Notes: generated by a model not told the origin, from the letters alone. Positions 1-8,525 are shown, counted from the first letter of the stretch. The stretch: DNA of 20,000 nucleotides from an uncultured virus (IMG/VR IMGVR_UViG_3300028553_000021) (IMGVR_UViG_3300028553_000021); one strand, 5' to 3'. Numbers and translations: made by a program.

Positions 1-1449
1 GGGCGTGACATCCCAATACTTTTGTGCCCGACCCGATGGAAGTTCAACGTGATAGTCTTCGCCTTTGGATTCCCGAAGCCCTCGCTCCAGCTTGCTCCAT
101 AGCTCCACCACTTTGAAATTTTTACGGCGGTAGTCATCTACCAAGTCCCTGCTCCTAGCCTCGGTGATTGTGAGGCCAGCCATGAGCTTGGCGATGAGAA
201 CGAACTTCTTGGAACCGCAACCGTAGCCCAATCCCAAGACCTGTGCTTTGGCTAGGGCATAGAGATCCTTGGATTTCTTGAAGGTACCCTTCTCACCCTT
301 CCACATCCCCGTCGAGATGGCGAAGGCTTCGTAGATGCCGTAGCCGTTCCTTACAGCCCCAAGGAGAGCCGTATTGCCAGCGAGCCATGCCAGTACCCTA
401 GGTTCGATCTGGGACAGGTCTGAGATGATGAACTTCTTCCCCGCCCTAGGGATGAGACAAGCCCGTAGGTCTACCCCGAAGCATGGGTCCCTTGGTAGGT
501 TCTGGAGGTTAAACTTGCTGTCCCCCGACCACCTACCGGTATGGGCACCAAAGTACTTTAGCCCGAAAGGCATAGTCCCGTCAGGACGCCGGCGACGATG
601 GAGCATGTGCATTTTCTGCAATAGCATGTTGGCCTTACGCCAGTCCCGCATAGCCCCGACCCATGGGAACTTCTCGCCATAGGTTTCCTCCCATAGCTGA
701 CAGCCAGGATCGTCTTCGGAAGTAGATGGTGGTACCTCGATGCCAGCCTCACGGCAAGCCTTGGCTAGCCCAGTCACGGATAGTACGTCGCTGGTGTAGT
801 CCCCGTCGGTCTTCCATGGCATGTGCTCGATTGCCTTGATGCGAATCCAATCGAGGGCGTTCAGCCCCTTGTCGACCATCTCGGTGTTCACATTGATGCC
901 ATGCCACCCAGCCTCGATGGTGTGCTTTGATAAAAATTTTTCCACAGCAGACATGCGATTACCGAAAGTCTCGTAGAGATCCAAGCAATGCTGAGCATCC
1001 TTCGCTGCGTAGAGCTTAAACTCCGTACCCTGCTCGGTATCCTTGACCTCGTTCCAAGTCTTGCCCTTCATAGCCGAGCGAGGATCTTTCGACATGTCTA
1101 CTCCGAGGAGTTGCTTAGAAGCCCCAGCTAAATTGCGAGGAGCGCCCATGTATGCAGATAAGTTGGCGGTGCAGAAGAATTCCCTTGGCCTAGCTTTGGT
1201 GATCCCCAGCTCGTGTAGACGCTCAACACAAGATCCGTCGAAAGCGTAGTTGTGCGCCACCCAGCGACCCCCCTCGATTTTGTCCCAAGGGGCCATTTTC
1301 GGGGGGCCTACAAAGTCCACCCCCGGCCCCTTGATTGCCACCATATAAATGTCCGCGTTTTGGTGGCGCAGGTAATGCCACGTCCCTAGCGTAGTGATAG
1401 ACGTTTCCTTATCGTAGTACGTTTCAAAATCTATTGCGTATGTGTTCAT
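1..1449 (-). CDS. polA: Family A DNA polymerase with N-terminal 3'-5' exonuclease (3' end truncated by window start)
   Basis: Manual translation from ATG at 1449 (ATGA overlap with the upstream ORF): MNTYAIDFETYYD (Exo I DxE), HTGRWSG..NLQNLPR, motif A DLSQIEPRVLAWLAG, motif B KAQVLGLGYG. Absent from the ORF track, presumably because its stop lies outside the window. Confidence 0.95.
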   Translation of the reverse strand, partial: MNTYAIDFETYYDKETSITTLGTWHYLRHQNADIYMVAIKGPGVDFVGPPKMAPWDKIEGGRWVAHNYAFDGSCVERLHELGITKARPREFFCTANLSAYMGAPRNLAGASKQLLGVDMSKDPRSAMKGKTWNEVKDTEQGTEFKLYAAKDAQHCLDLYETFGNRMSAVEKFLSKHTIEAGWHGINVNTEMVDKGLNALDWIRIKAIEHMPWKTDGDYTSDVLSVTGLAKACREAGIEVPPSTSEDDPGCQLWEETYGEKFPWVGAMRDWRKANMLLQKMHMLHRRRRPDGTMPFGLKYFGAHTGRWSGDSKFNLQNLPRDPCFGVDLRACLIPRAGKKFIISDLSQIEPRVLAWLAGNTALLGAVRNGYGIYEAFAISTGMWKGEKGTFKKSKDLYALAKAQVLGLGYGCGSKKFVLIAKLMAGLTITEARSRDLVDDYRRKNFKVVELWSKLERGLRESKGEDYHVELPSGRAQKYWDVTP

Positions 1450-1736
1450 TTTATTTTGATGATCGTAATATGATCTTCTCCAATGATCGCTTTTGTCATC
1501 ACCTGTTCTATGAAGACCATGACTCCCAGACAAGCAGAAAGACCTTTCGTGTCTTCCCTGTCTGCTTTCTCTATTACTTTCCCTATCGCAACATGCGCCT
1601 TCACAAAATTGTCGATGCTCTCGATCGGGCCAAATTGCTGAACAATCTGCTTTGTGGCCTGAGCGGTCTCCTCGAGATTTGGGTCAGGGATTACTATGAG
1701 TTCTTTGGAGAGTTGGTCTGCTGATTTGTGGTACAT
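1446..1736 (-). CDS. Hypothetical phage protein (96 aa)
   Basis: Co-oriented ORF whose stop overlaps the polymerase start (ATGA); A/T-rich leader. Confidence 0.75.
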   Translation of the reverse strand: MYHKSADQLSKELIVIPDPNLEETAQATKQIVQQFGPIESIDNFVKAHVAIGKVIEKADREDTKGLSACLGVMVFIEQVMTKAIIGEDHITIIKIK

Positions 1737-1867
1737 AAAATTTTGCCCGATTCATCTGTTCCGTCGTCGGGACCGCTACGGTAAAAGGTTGCCCCCTACT
1801 GATAGGGCTATGACTCCAGGGGGCACCGCAGATGATACGGCCACAATGAAGAGACATAACCCAAGTT
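1737..1867 (-). other. Structured intergenic element / putative 5' leader RNA upstream of the polymerase unit
   Basis: Inverted repeats TCATCTG(1752-58)/CAGATGA(1829-35), TGCCCCCT(1790-97)/AGGGGGCA(1818-25), CCCGA(1746-50)/TCGGG(1767-71) in the only large gap of the left arm. Confidence 0.45.
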
Positions 1868-2026
1868 TTATTTCTGCCAAAAAGTATTGCCTTGAGACAC
1901 GTGCCTCAATTCTTCTTCCTGCTTGATCTGTCGTATCCAACTATTTCTTTCAGCCTTTGTCCCTATGACGTAGCCGACGATTAAACCAATAGCTGTCGAA
2001 CCTAGACCAACCAAGATAAAAAGCAT
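1868..2026 (-). CDS. Small membrane protein (52 aa)
   Basis: Manual translation MLFILVGLGSTAIGLIVGYVIGTKAERNSWIRQIKQEEELRHVSQGNTFWQK; N-terminal hydrophobic helix; starts 1 nt after the upstream stop. Confidence 0.75.
   Translation of the reverse strand: MLFILVGLGSTAIGLIVGYVIGTKAERNSWIRQIKQEEELRHVSQGNTFWQK
1881..1909 (-). promoter_or_regulatory. Candidate sigma70-like promoter TTGAGG-N17-TACTTT overlapping an 18-bp near-palindrome
   Basis: Minus-strand -35 at 1909-1904 and -10 at 1886-1881, 17-nt spacer; near-palindrome TTGAGACACGTGCCTCAA at 1892-1909. Confidence 0.4.
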
Positions 2027-2027
2027 A

Positions 2028-2288
2028 CTAGTCCAGCGTTACGATGGCTGGGCCACCATCGAGAGAAGTTGCGATTTCGCTTTCGGCTGGCTTCTCGACA
2101 ATCGTACCGCCAAGTTTTTTGTTGGCGTCTTCCATGCCGAGTTCGAGAGCCTTCTGGACGTACGGCAACAAGAACATTGCCGCGGACTTCTCTTCGTTAC
2201 AAACGTTTTCGTCTTGGGACATGCGGATCTCAAAATCCATTCCCTTTCCCTCTTTGTCATACTTGCATTGAATCATTACTGATGTCAT
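2028..2288 (-). CDS. Hypothetical phage protein (86 aa)
   Basis: ATGA-coupled to the upstream ORF; AAGG Shine-Dalgarno-like motif upstream. Confidence 0.75.
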   Translation of the reverse strand: MTSVMIQCKYDKEGKGMDFEIRMSQDENVCNEEKSAAMFLLPYVQKALELGMEDANKKLGGTIVEKPAESEIATSLDGGPAIVTLD

Positions 2289-2563
2289 TTGTTATTACCT
2301 TTCTTTTGTTTTACTGACTCCTTCAACCATTTTTCAAAATGTTTTTTATCCACGCCCTGCATACAGTGCAGAGCATAGAACCCCATGATAACTGCCATCA
2401 TGGTATGATCTTTTGATTTATTCAGATACTCTTGATCTGGATACATGAAGGTTACCGATTTGTCGGCGTTAAACCGCAAACCTGTCTCCTCCTGCGAGTC
2501 AATCGGCAAGACGTATAATCTCCCGCGTACGAGTAACTTTAATGTTTTAATTAGTTCCTTCAT
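2285..2563 (-). CDS. Hypothetical phage protein (92 aa)
   Basis: 4-nt overlaps on both sides; AAGGAG upstream. Confidence 0.75.
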   Translation of the reverse strand: MKELIKTLKLLVRGRLYVLPIDSQEETGLRFNADKSVTFMYPDQEYLNKSKDHTMMAVIMGFYALHCMQGVDKKHFEKWLKESVKQKKGNNK

Positions 2564-2841
2564 TTTTTTCTCTCCTTCTTTTTGGTTTTTGATGTTGGGC
2601 TTGGATTTTTTATTTGTCCAGCCTTTTCTTCTGCTGCCTGTCTTCGCTTCCTAGCGTGTTTTACTTCATTGCCGATAATGCCTCGGAAGCCGTCCCCGTA
2701 GTGCATACCTCGACGCTTGAAGAACTCATTCATACCTTTGTTAAATTTGGCTATCTCCACCATAGATAGTTCTCTGCTGTGACCAGATACACCCATTCTT
2801 ACGCTTTCACGTTTTTGAGAGGGCCCAAAGTCTTCGCTCAT
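2560..2841 (-). CDS. Basic hypothetical protein (93 aa)
   Basis: Start reassigned to ATG at 2841 (MSEDFGPSQ...), which overlaps the TGA of the upstream gene; Lys/Arg-rich C-terminus. Confidence 0.7.
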   Translation of the reverse strand: MSEDFGPSQKRESVRMGVSGHSRELSMVEIAKFNKGMNEFFKRRGMHYGDGFRGIIGNEVKHARKRRQAAEEKAGQIKNPSPTSKTKKKERKK

Positions 2842-3182
2842 TGAACCTTTCCTCTCTTCATCTTGAACAGTAAGAATGCACAACGAACCAAGGCCCTTTC
2901 CATGTGGGCCAACCTATCCTCCCCGAAAGCATCCGGATTGGGTCGATTGCCGTCGAGTTGCATAAGTGCTTGACATATATGGGAAATTGCGCGGTCTGCG
3001 TTATAACGGATACTATCCTGATAGTACCATTGCCCAAAGGAGCTTTTGTTTGATCCAGTCTCCATTATTTTGCAGACTGTTGTAGAAGCCTCGCTTGCAA
3101 CCTCGAGAATGCTTGGGGCGAGAGCCTCTACTGCTTCCCCCTTATCGTTGGTATAAGTAAAAGCTTCATTGTTTTTCTTCAT
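2838..3182 (-). CDS. Possible dATP/dGTP diphosphohydrolase-like (DUF5664-like) helical protein, divergent
   Basis: Pattern V..IM..G..K.....W / D.A..H / GED.LAH...A....FLL resembles DUF5664 (GAxKY..xNW, A..RH, SG..HLAHA), but key residues are degenerate. Confidence 0.45.
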   Translation of the reverse strand: MKKNNEAFTYTNDKGEAVEALAPSILEVASEASTTVCKIMETGSNKSSFGQWYYQDSIRYNADRAISHICQALMQLDGNRPNPDAFGEDRLAHMERALVRCAFLLFKMKRGKVQ

Positions 3183-3351
3183 TTTGCTTTTCTTTCGCGA
3201 TTGATTTTGCTATTAACTTTGCCGCGTCAATTTGGCAGATCGCTGCTCGAATTGTGTGACAACCGCCGGCAGGCGCTTCGTCTCGAAGCTTTGCCATAAT
3301 TTTTCTACCCCGCTCTAGCATGTCGATTAACCACTCTATGTCGTGTCTCAT
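3166..3351 (-). CDS. Hypothetical phage protein (61 aa)
   Basis: ATGA-coupled to the upstream gene; GGAGG upstream. Confidence 0.7.
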   Translation of the reverse strand: MRHDIEWLIDMLERGRKIMAKLRDEAPAGGCHTIRAAICQIDAAKLIAKSIAKEKQNEEKQ

Positions 3352-3980
3352 TTATCTTCCTCCCTTTTGTTAATATCGTAATAGAACGAATCAGTGTCCT
3401 CTGTGATCCACCTATCGGATTGGTTTTCCACAGACGGCAACTCGGTGTCTACACGAAATTGTTTTAAGTTTTCTGGCAACTTCTTCGTCACCCAATTAGA
3501 ATCCCGCCAGAAGATTCGGTTGTTAGGCATACACAGCAAGTACCCATCATCTGCAGCAAAGACGTGCCCACACTTGTAATCGGAAGGCTCATCGCTGTAG
3601 GGGTTATGAAACCAGTCTACGGTAAACATGTAGGTGCCCCACACTTTGGTTCCATCCCTCAATACGATCTGGGCTCGGTGATACCCTAGGAAACTATACT
3701 CGCTGACGGTCACGTTCTCCGAGAAGCAGTCCCACAATTGCTTGTAGTTGAAAGGTATATCGTTGGTAGGTTTATCCAGATAAATTTCCGATAGCGGAAC
3801 GCGGGATCGCACCATTCCAGTATCGGTCATAACGTGAAATGTTAGTATAGTTCCGGGGTAAGATTGCAGTGCAAAGACGTATACATTGTACAATTCATCT
3901 CGGTCGGCTTCATCTTTTGTGAAGAAAGACTTTCTTACTTTGGCTTTAAAGCTTGGGATATTTTCGTTTAGAGTTGCCAT
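3348..3980 (-). CDS. Conserved uncharacterised phage protein (210 aa)
   Basis: Start reassigned to ATG 3980 (MATLNENIP), 1 nt after the upstream stop; motifs QLWDCFS, YMFTVDW, KCGH, PNNRI.W recalled from aquatic-phage hypothetical proteins. Confidence 0.8.
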   Translation of the reverse strand: MATLNENIPSFKAKVRKSFFTKDEADRDELYNVYVFALQSYPGTILTFHVMTDTGMVRSRVPLSEIYLDKPTNDIPFNYKQLWDCFSENVTVSEYSFLGYHRAQIVLRDGTKVWGTYMFTVDWFHNPYSDEPSDYKCGHVFAADDGYLLCMPNNRIFWRDSNWVTKKLPENLKQFRVDTELPSVENQSDRWITEDTDSFYYDINKREEDK

Positions 3981-3981
3981 A

Positions 3982-4281
3982 TTAGGATACCATTTCCTCA
4001 ACCGGAACATCTTCCTCAATTTCGGCCCAAGCAGGAGGCTCTATTTCTCGGAAGCGTTCTTGATTAAATCCTCGTTCTGGGTGGGGCGGGTGGTTTGAGG
4101 CTGGGTTAAGAAGTCCTTCTAAGTATATAACGACTTCTCCCGCTTCACCTTTCCAGTTCACCCCAATTCCCACGTCTCTGACTTGATAAACCTGATCTTT
4201 TACTGGTAAGAATTGGTAGAAACTTACGACCTCTTTGGGAAAGTTGTCGTCCGTACAAATAACTTTTGAACCCCGTCTCAT
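3982..4281 (-). CDS. Hypothetical phage protein (99 aa)
   Basis: G.KV.C...Y.VR...F...RF pattern; TAATG overlap with the upstream small ORF; AAGGAG upstream. Confidence 0.75.
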   Translation of the reverse strand: MRRGSKVICTDDNFPKEVVSFYQFLPVKDQVYQVRDVGIGVNWKGEAGEVVIYLEGLLNPASNHPPHPERGFNQERFREIEPPAWAEIEEDVPVEEMVS

Positions 4282-4430
4282 TACAGCTCCTTAATTCTTT
4301 TATAAATCCAAACGAGTAAACCGACTCCGCAAGCTACTAGGGATACACCCCAGCCGATTATGATTAGTAAAAGACAACATTTAGTAAAGATGTCGCTTAG
4401 CCAAAAAATAATATCAAACAGTTGTGACAT
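4281..4430 (-). CDS. Small membrane protein (49 aa)
   Basis: Manual translation MSQLFDIIFWLSDIFTKCCLLLIIIGWGVSLVACGVGLLVWIYKRIKEL; fills the gap, with AAGGAG upstream and a stop overlapping the next start. Confidence 0.7.
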   Translation of the reverse strand: MSQLFDIIFWLSDIFTKCCLLLIIIGWGVSLVACGVGLLVWIYKRIKEL

Positions 4431-4716
4431 TACCAAACTCCTTTATTCCGCATTCTTTCGCCACCATCGCCTCCAGTATTGATCCCGCACTTCCGGCCCA
4501 GCCCGGAAGAAAATAGATATGGTCGGCTCGCAAAAGCATTTGCAGATCATGACGCATGTATTGAGGGCGGGGAAGATCTTGTCTCCCATCAAAGTTTTCC
4601 GCTGGATTTAATACGGTGTGGCCCAGCGCCCGCAGGACCGCGGCCTTCTCGTTAAAAGAGTCGAAGTTGTGGTTGTGGTAGCCCGTCATCGGGCCGGATA
4701 GATAGATGGTTTTCAT
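4414..4716 (-). CDS. DUF4406 family, nucleoside 2-deoxyribosyltransferase-like protein
   Basis: IYLSGPMTG..N...F..., G..VLNPA, YMR.DL.ML..AD.IY.LPGW..S.G...E...A motifs. Confidence 0.85.
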   Translation of the reverse strand: MKTIYLSGPMTGYHNHNFDSFNEKAAVLRALGHTVLNPAENFDGRQDLPRPQYMRHDLQMLLRADHIYFLPGWAGSAGSILEAMVAKECGIKEFGNVTTV

Positions 4717-4889
4717 GTTACTTTGGTTTCCTCCTTTATTTGCGCCATCACTGATTCAATGTTCAAGTCTTCAGTTGCAAAGGTAATGACTTTTGCTATC
4801 CCGCTTTCTGGATCCACCCCCGTAATGCGGTAGGTGTACCAGCGAAAAGACAGTCGAAGCCACAGTAAATAAATAAGATGATCGAACAT
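4713..4889 (-). CDS. Small hypothetical protein (58 aa)
   Basis: Manual translation MFDHLIYLLWLRLSFRWYTYRITGVDPESGIAKVITFATEDLNIESVMAQIKEETKVT; ATGA overlap with the DUF4406 gene. Confidence 0.65.
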   Translation of the reverse strand: MFDHLIYLLWLRLSFRWYTYRITGVDPESGIAKVITFATEDLNIESVMAQIKEETKVT

Positions 4890-4928
4890 AAAATGAAAGG
4901 CACCACCACCGGTTAAGATGATGGTGCC
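4890..4928 (-). terminator. Rho-independent terminator
   Basis: Minus strand GGCACCAUCAUC-UUAACC-GGUGGUGGUGCC (12 bp with two G-U pairs) followed by UUUCAUUUU, 10 nt downstream of the putative SSB stop. Confidence 0.75.
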
Positions 4929-4938
4929 CCTCGAATGA

Positions 4939-5685
4939 TTAACCGAAGATTGCCTTCAGTTGTTCTGCCGCCTCGGGGGAATGTTTGCCCCCAATCTTTA
5001 GTTGGGGCACGAAGTACGAACCCGAAGGGCTAGTACGAATCTTGCTGGTCAGCTCATAGTAGGCTGTGTGGAGGCCGGACTTCAGGAACAATTGACTGTC
5101 CGTGAAGACCTGCTTTCCGGCAGAGCGGTAAGCGCTTTTCGCCATCAAGTACTGAGCCAGTCCAAACTGCTTGTCTCCCACGGGGAACGGGAACAAGGGA
5201 TTATCCTTCTCCGGTGCCTCGATCGCTACAATGCTTTGGAGTGCTTCTGTGTACTTGTCGGCATCCACTTCCGCCTCTGGATCATTCATCAAAGCCCCTC
5301 CTGCCGCCCGCACGTCCGCGAGTCGGTTAAAGGTCTTTGCGATTTGATCTGAACCGTACACCACATCCTGAATATAGATTTTCTGGATGCGGAGGAAGGT
5401 GATTTTCGCCGGCTTCTTGCCGTCTCCGATCACCACCTCACGGTTGTAAACGAATGCTCCAGGCTGGAACGTGTTAGACAGTTCGCCTGTTTTAGCCACG
5501 AGGTTGAGCCGAGGGACGGTAAAGTCCTTCGCCGAGAACTCTCCCTCGACTTGGCCAGCCAATGTGTTAACGGCTAGCGAAGCCATGGGCGCTTCGATAA
5601 TCGCTCCTTCTTCTTTTGGTTCGTCTACTGCGGGGTTTGATGCTTTGGTTGTTTTTGCGTTGGTAGGCGCGAATGATGTTTTCAT
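4939..5685 (-). CDS. Putative ssDNA-binding / recombination-accessory protein
   Basis: D...PRL.L....G motif and C-terminal G.YFVP; lies next to the DUF2800 nuclease and has its own terminator. Function inferred from context. Confidence 0.55.
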   Translation of the reverse strand: MKTSFAPTNAKTTKASNPAVDEPKEEGAIIEAPMASLAVNTLAGQVEGEFSAKDFTVPRLNLVAKTGELSNTFQPGAFVYNREVVIGDGKKPAKITFLRIQKIYIQDVVYGSDQIAKTFNRLADVRAAGGALMNDPEAEVDADKYTEALQSIVAIEAPEKDNPLFPFPVGDKQFGLAQYLMAKSAYRSAGKQVFTDSQLFLKSGLHTAYYELTSKIRTSPSGSYFVPQLKIGGKHSPEAAEQLKAIFG

Positions 5686-5692
5686 ATTTTGT

Positions 5693-6784
5693 TTAGTTTG
5701 TTTCTTTGGTTTTTGCCAAGTAGGTCACCTCTCCTCCACCTTTCAATAGATTGGCTTCGTTGAGTTTATCCTCCAAGGCTTGTTTTGCTTGTTGTTTTTG
5801 GCCACGAGGAAATGATTCCGCGTAGGCTTTTTCTAGCTTGCTCCACGATATGGTGGCGCATGCCGAAAATTGTTCTGCTGTTAATTTGTCTTTGATGATG
5901 TCGTACGTTTGCGTGGCGTCAACGATTTCTTTTTTGCCGGCGCGAGATTTGAGCTCATAGCCTGGGATGTCGCCACCCGACATACGGAAGTCCATATTTG
6001 ATTTCTTGACGCTGTCGCACCACCTCTCCATGACGCGACGGATGGATTCAGCCTGCGATCTCTGGTCAGGAGTCGCAAGAGTAAGCGGGTCTGCGAGTAC
6101 CGGCAACTCTGCGTCTCGGAGCATGTCGTATCCTTTGCTGATGACGAGGGCTTTCGAATGTAGTGCTTTGCATGTTCCTTTGTTTCCACAGTAAAGACAT
6201 CCTTTCTCCGTCGGGTTCAGTTCCGGTTCTGGTTGCTGAGCCCGAGCAATGATTGTTTCTACGCGGAGTCTAAGCCGATCGTAATCTTTGTCACGACTAA
6301 AAGTATGTCTGCTGATCATGTTGATGCGAGGTTGTGCGAAGACCACTTCGACTTCGTCAATCTCTTTCCATTTCTCGAAAACCCCCACGGCGTACGCCCA
6401 GCCCTGAATGTTATCTTCCGCGTCATCCACGGCATGCCATCCGAACTTGGCGTCACCAATCTTGGCTTTGCCTTTCCCGATCAGTACGATGTCGGCAGTA
6501 CCGAATGTCTTACCTTCGGCAATCTGCAACTGCACTTCTGGGAGGTCGGCAATGATTTCGCCCAGCTCATTCTTCATTCCTTGGAAAACATCGGCAACCA
6601 TCAACACATTCTTCTTCTGCCATTCGTCTAGACCCTCGTAGTTCCCTGTCTCGAGAGCTTTGTGCATCATCGTTCCCTCTTGAGCGGCGATAGAACCCCC
6701 TTCCGTTGGCTGTGGTTCGTTGTCCCATCCGGGGCAAATCTCCCGCCATTTGAGTGAACTTGGTCCGTATTTGTGGTGGCTCAT
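5693..6784 (-). CDS. DUF2800-type PD-(D/E)XK (Cas4-like) exonuclease
   Basis: H...GPSS...CPG, AA.EGT..H, GTAD, DAKFG, Q...YA, C.YC...C cluster. Confidence 0.88.
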   Translation of the reverse strand: MSHHKYGPSSLKWREICPGWDNEPQPTEGGSIAAQEGTMMHKALETGNYEGLDEWQKKNVLMVADVFQGMKNELGEIIADLPEVQLQIAEGKTFGTADIVLIGKGKAKIGDAKFGWHAVDDAEDNIQGWAYAVGVFEKWKEIDEVEVVFAQPRINMISRHTFSRDKDYDRLRLRVETIIARAQQPEPELNPTEKGCLYCGNKGTCKALHSKALVISKGYDMLRDAELPVLADPLTLATPDQRSQAESIRRVMERWCDSVKKSNMDFRMSGGDIPGYELKSRAGKKEIVDATQTYDIIKDKLTAEQFSACATISWSKLEKAYAESFPRGQKQQAKQALEDKLNEANLLKGGGEVTYLAKTKETN

Positions 6785-8055
6785 AGTATTGCTCCTAATG
6801 TGTCCCCGTCCGATAGTGTTTCAATGTTGTGGAGTTTTCGACGGAGGCTCCTAGCGATTTGTGTTTCAACGGTTCCGTTTGCGAAAAGCAAGTATTGCCT
6901 ACTGGGAGACAAAGCTCCCGCTCGATGAATTCTTCCGAGAGCCTGCTTGGTATCGATCGCCGAGTACGTTGGCGCGATAAGACTGATTCTTGGTACTCCT
7001 TGCAGGTCATGTAGGGACAATCCAACACCACCCGCCTGAATCATGCAAGCACATATTTTTACTTTGTTTGCTTGAAAGTCCGCGATATTCCGTACACGGT
7101 CATCATCTTTCTGATCGCCAATGATTTCTGTCGATTCCTCTCTGACAAGGTTTCGGTAGGCTTCAAGCGATTGTCGAAAATTGAAGAAAGCAACGACAGC
7201 GTTTCCTTCTGCAATCGCTTGTTCGGTAAGTTCGACAAAGACAGGTACACGCATCAACTCCGCTTCTTGCCTCGCACGGAGTTTGATCGTGAGCGGATTG
7301 TCGCTCCATCTTTTAGCTTTGAGTTCCGAGATTTGCGCTTGCATTTTTTCGTAGATGATGTCGACGTCCCCCATGTCGTAGCACTCTGCAAACACGGAGT
7401 TGCTTGGGAAAGCGTCCCCGAGGTCAGCGATTCGGATGCGGTGTCCTTTCTCCGGAAAAATAGATCTGTGAATTTCTTGTAGCATTTTCTTTCCGCCCAT
7501 GAAAGCCAGACCACGGCCCCATGGGGCAGGTCGACAACCCATCTTGTAATTCCACCGGTAGAAGTCGTGGTATTCATGGAGGCCCAACATGAAGCCTGTC
7601 GCTCGCATGTCCAGCGGATTCTCTGCAGCGGTCGCGGATAACATCAGTACTGGGTACTTCTTAGAGCCCGTAAGTATTTTAGCGTTAACGCTTGTTGGTC
7701 CTTTACACCGGTGAACTTCGTCAAAAATTAAAAGTTTCGCCCCTCGGAAAGTCCACTCCCAACTCTTGGCGTCGTTCCATTTTCCGAACCTTGTCTTCCC
7801 GGTCTTTAACTTCTCGTAGTTTATAACGTCATGCGTTATACCCCCTCGTTCTAGCCATTCTTTCCAAGATGGGATAACTGCTTTTGGGCAGACGACAATG
7901 ACGTCCGCTTGTAATTGTTGGGCAAGCCAGACGGCTTTGGCTGTTTTACCTGTGCCAGTATCGCTGGCGTCGAGGGCTACGTTATTTTTCTGAAGACTTT
8001 GTAATAGAGCTTCCGCTCCCGGTTTCTGCCACTCGAACAATGTGATGTCTGCCAT
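6781..8055 (-). CDS. Superfamily 2 (DExH) DNA helicase
   Basis: Walker A TGTGKT, DEVH, SAT, GGVGLSL, QALGRIHR. Confidence 0.93.
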   Translation of the reverse strand: MADITLFEWQKPGAEALLQSLQKNNVALDASDTGTGKTAKAVWLAQQLQADVIVVCPKAVIPSWKEWLERGGITHDVINYEKLKTGKTRFGKWNDAKSWEWTFRGAKLLIFDEVHRCKGPTSVNAKILTGSKKYPVLMLSATAAENPLDMRATGFMLGLHEYHDFYRWNYKMGCRPAPWGRGLAFMGGKKMLQEIHRSIFPEKGHRIRIADLGDAFPSNSVFAECYDMGDVDIIYEKMQAQISELKAKRWSDNPLTIKLRARQEAELMRVPVFVELTEQAIAEGNAVVAFFNFRQSLEAYRNLVREESTEIIGDQKDDDRVRNIADFQANKVKICACMIQAGGVGLSLHDLQGVPRISLIAPTYSAIDTKQALGRIHRAGALSPSRQYLLFANGTVETQIARSLRRKLHNIETLSDGDTLGAIL

Positions 8056-8491
8056 ATTCGAGAATCAATAGTGCATCCGCCGTCGACAATGTCACGCTCA
8101 AATTTGGAAATCTTCTTTGAGCTTCAGCTTTCAGTTTATTCTTCCATTCTGTTTTGCTGGCCATGCCTTTGCTGTTTCCCAAGCTCAGAGCTTTTTGCCA
8201 CGCTTGCGGACGAACCATTTCGATTCGGTACCCTAGCGTCATAGCCACTCCTAGGATAAACCCAAACCCTCGGCCAAAGTTAAACATTGCTGAACCCGGA
8301 CTGCCCGCCCCACCCACGTAACCACCCACTTGTTCGATTACGATCACGTCGTGGCACACTCGAAGACTTTTTAGCTTACCCAGCACATCTCCCTCGGTCT
8401 CAGGCATTTTTACAGCATCGGCCATACCGTTCACAGTAATGGACGCTATGCCCCCACTCGCTCCAGGATCAATAGCTACCATCCAGATCAT
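7982..8491 (-). CDS. RuvC-like Holliday junction resolvase
   Basis: AIDPG.SGGIA, VIEQV, S.FNFG.GFG, V.PQ.WQK, ADALLI (RNase H-fold acidic residues). Confidence 0.88.
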   Translation of the reverse strand: MIWMVAIDPGASGGIASITVNGMADAVKMPETEGDVLGKLKSLRVCHDVIVIEQVGGYVGGAGSPGSAMFNFGRGFGFILGVAMTLGYRIEMVRPQAWQKALSLGNSKGMASKTEWKNKLKAEAQRRFPNLSVTLSTADALLILEYGRHHIVRVAETGSGSSITKSSEK

Positions 8492-8525
8492 CTCTTATAA
8501 AAAGAGTGGATTGCCAAGCGGATTC

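Noticed and set aside
374..1249. ORF-track calls in the first 1.3 kb
   Set aside because: All overlap the minus-strand polymerase gene, which the track missed.
1758..1773. Guanidine-II riboswitch-like hairpin with ACGA loop (minus strand)
   Set aside because: Only one imperfect ACGR hairpin is present; the motif needs two, and there is no transporter gene downstream.
1868..2030. Apparent TAG readthrough or recoding after ORF 2028-2288
   Set aside because: Careful reading shows an independent in-frame ATG at 2026; TAG acts as a normal stop here and at 16247.
5693..6784. Cas4 / CRISPR-associated system
   Set aside because: DUF2800-type nucleases are routine in phage replication modules; no cas1/cas2 or array is present.
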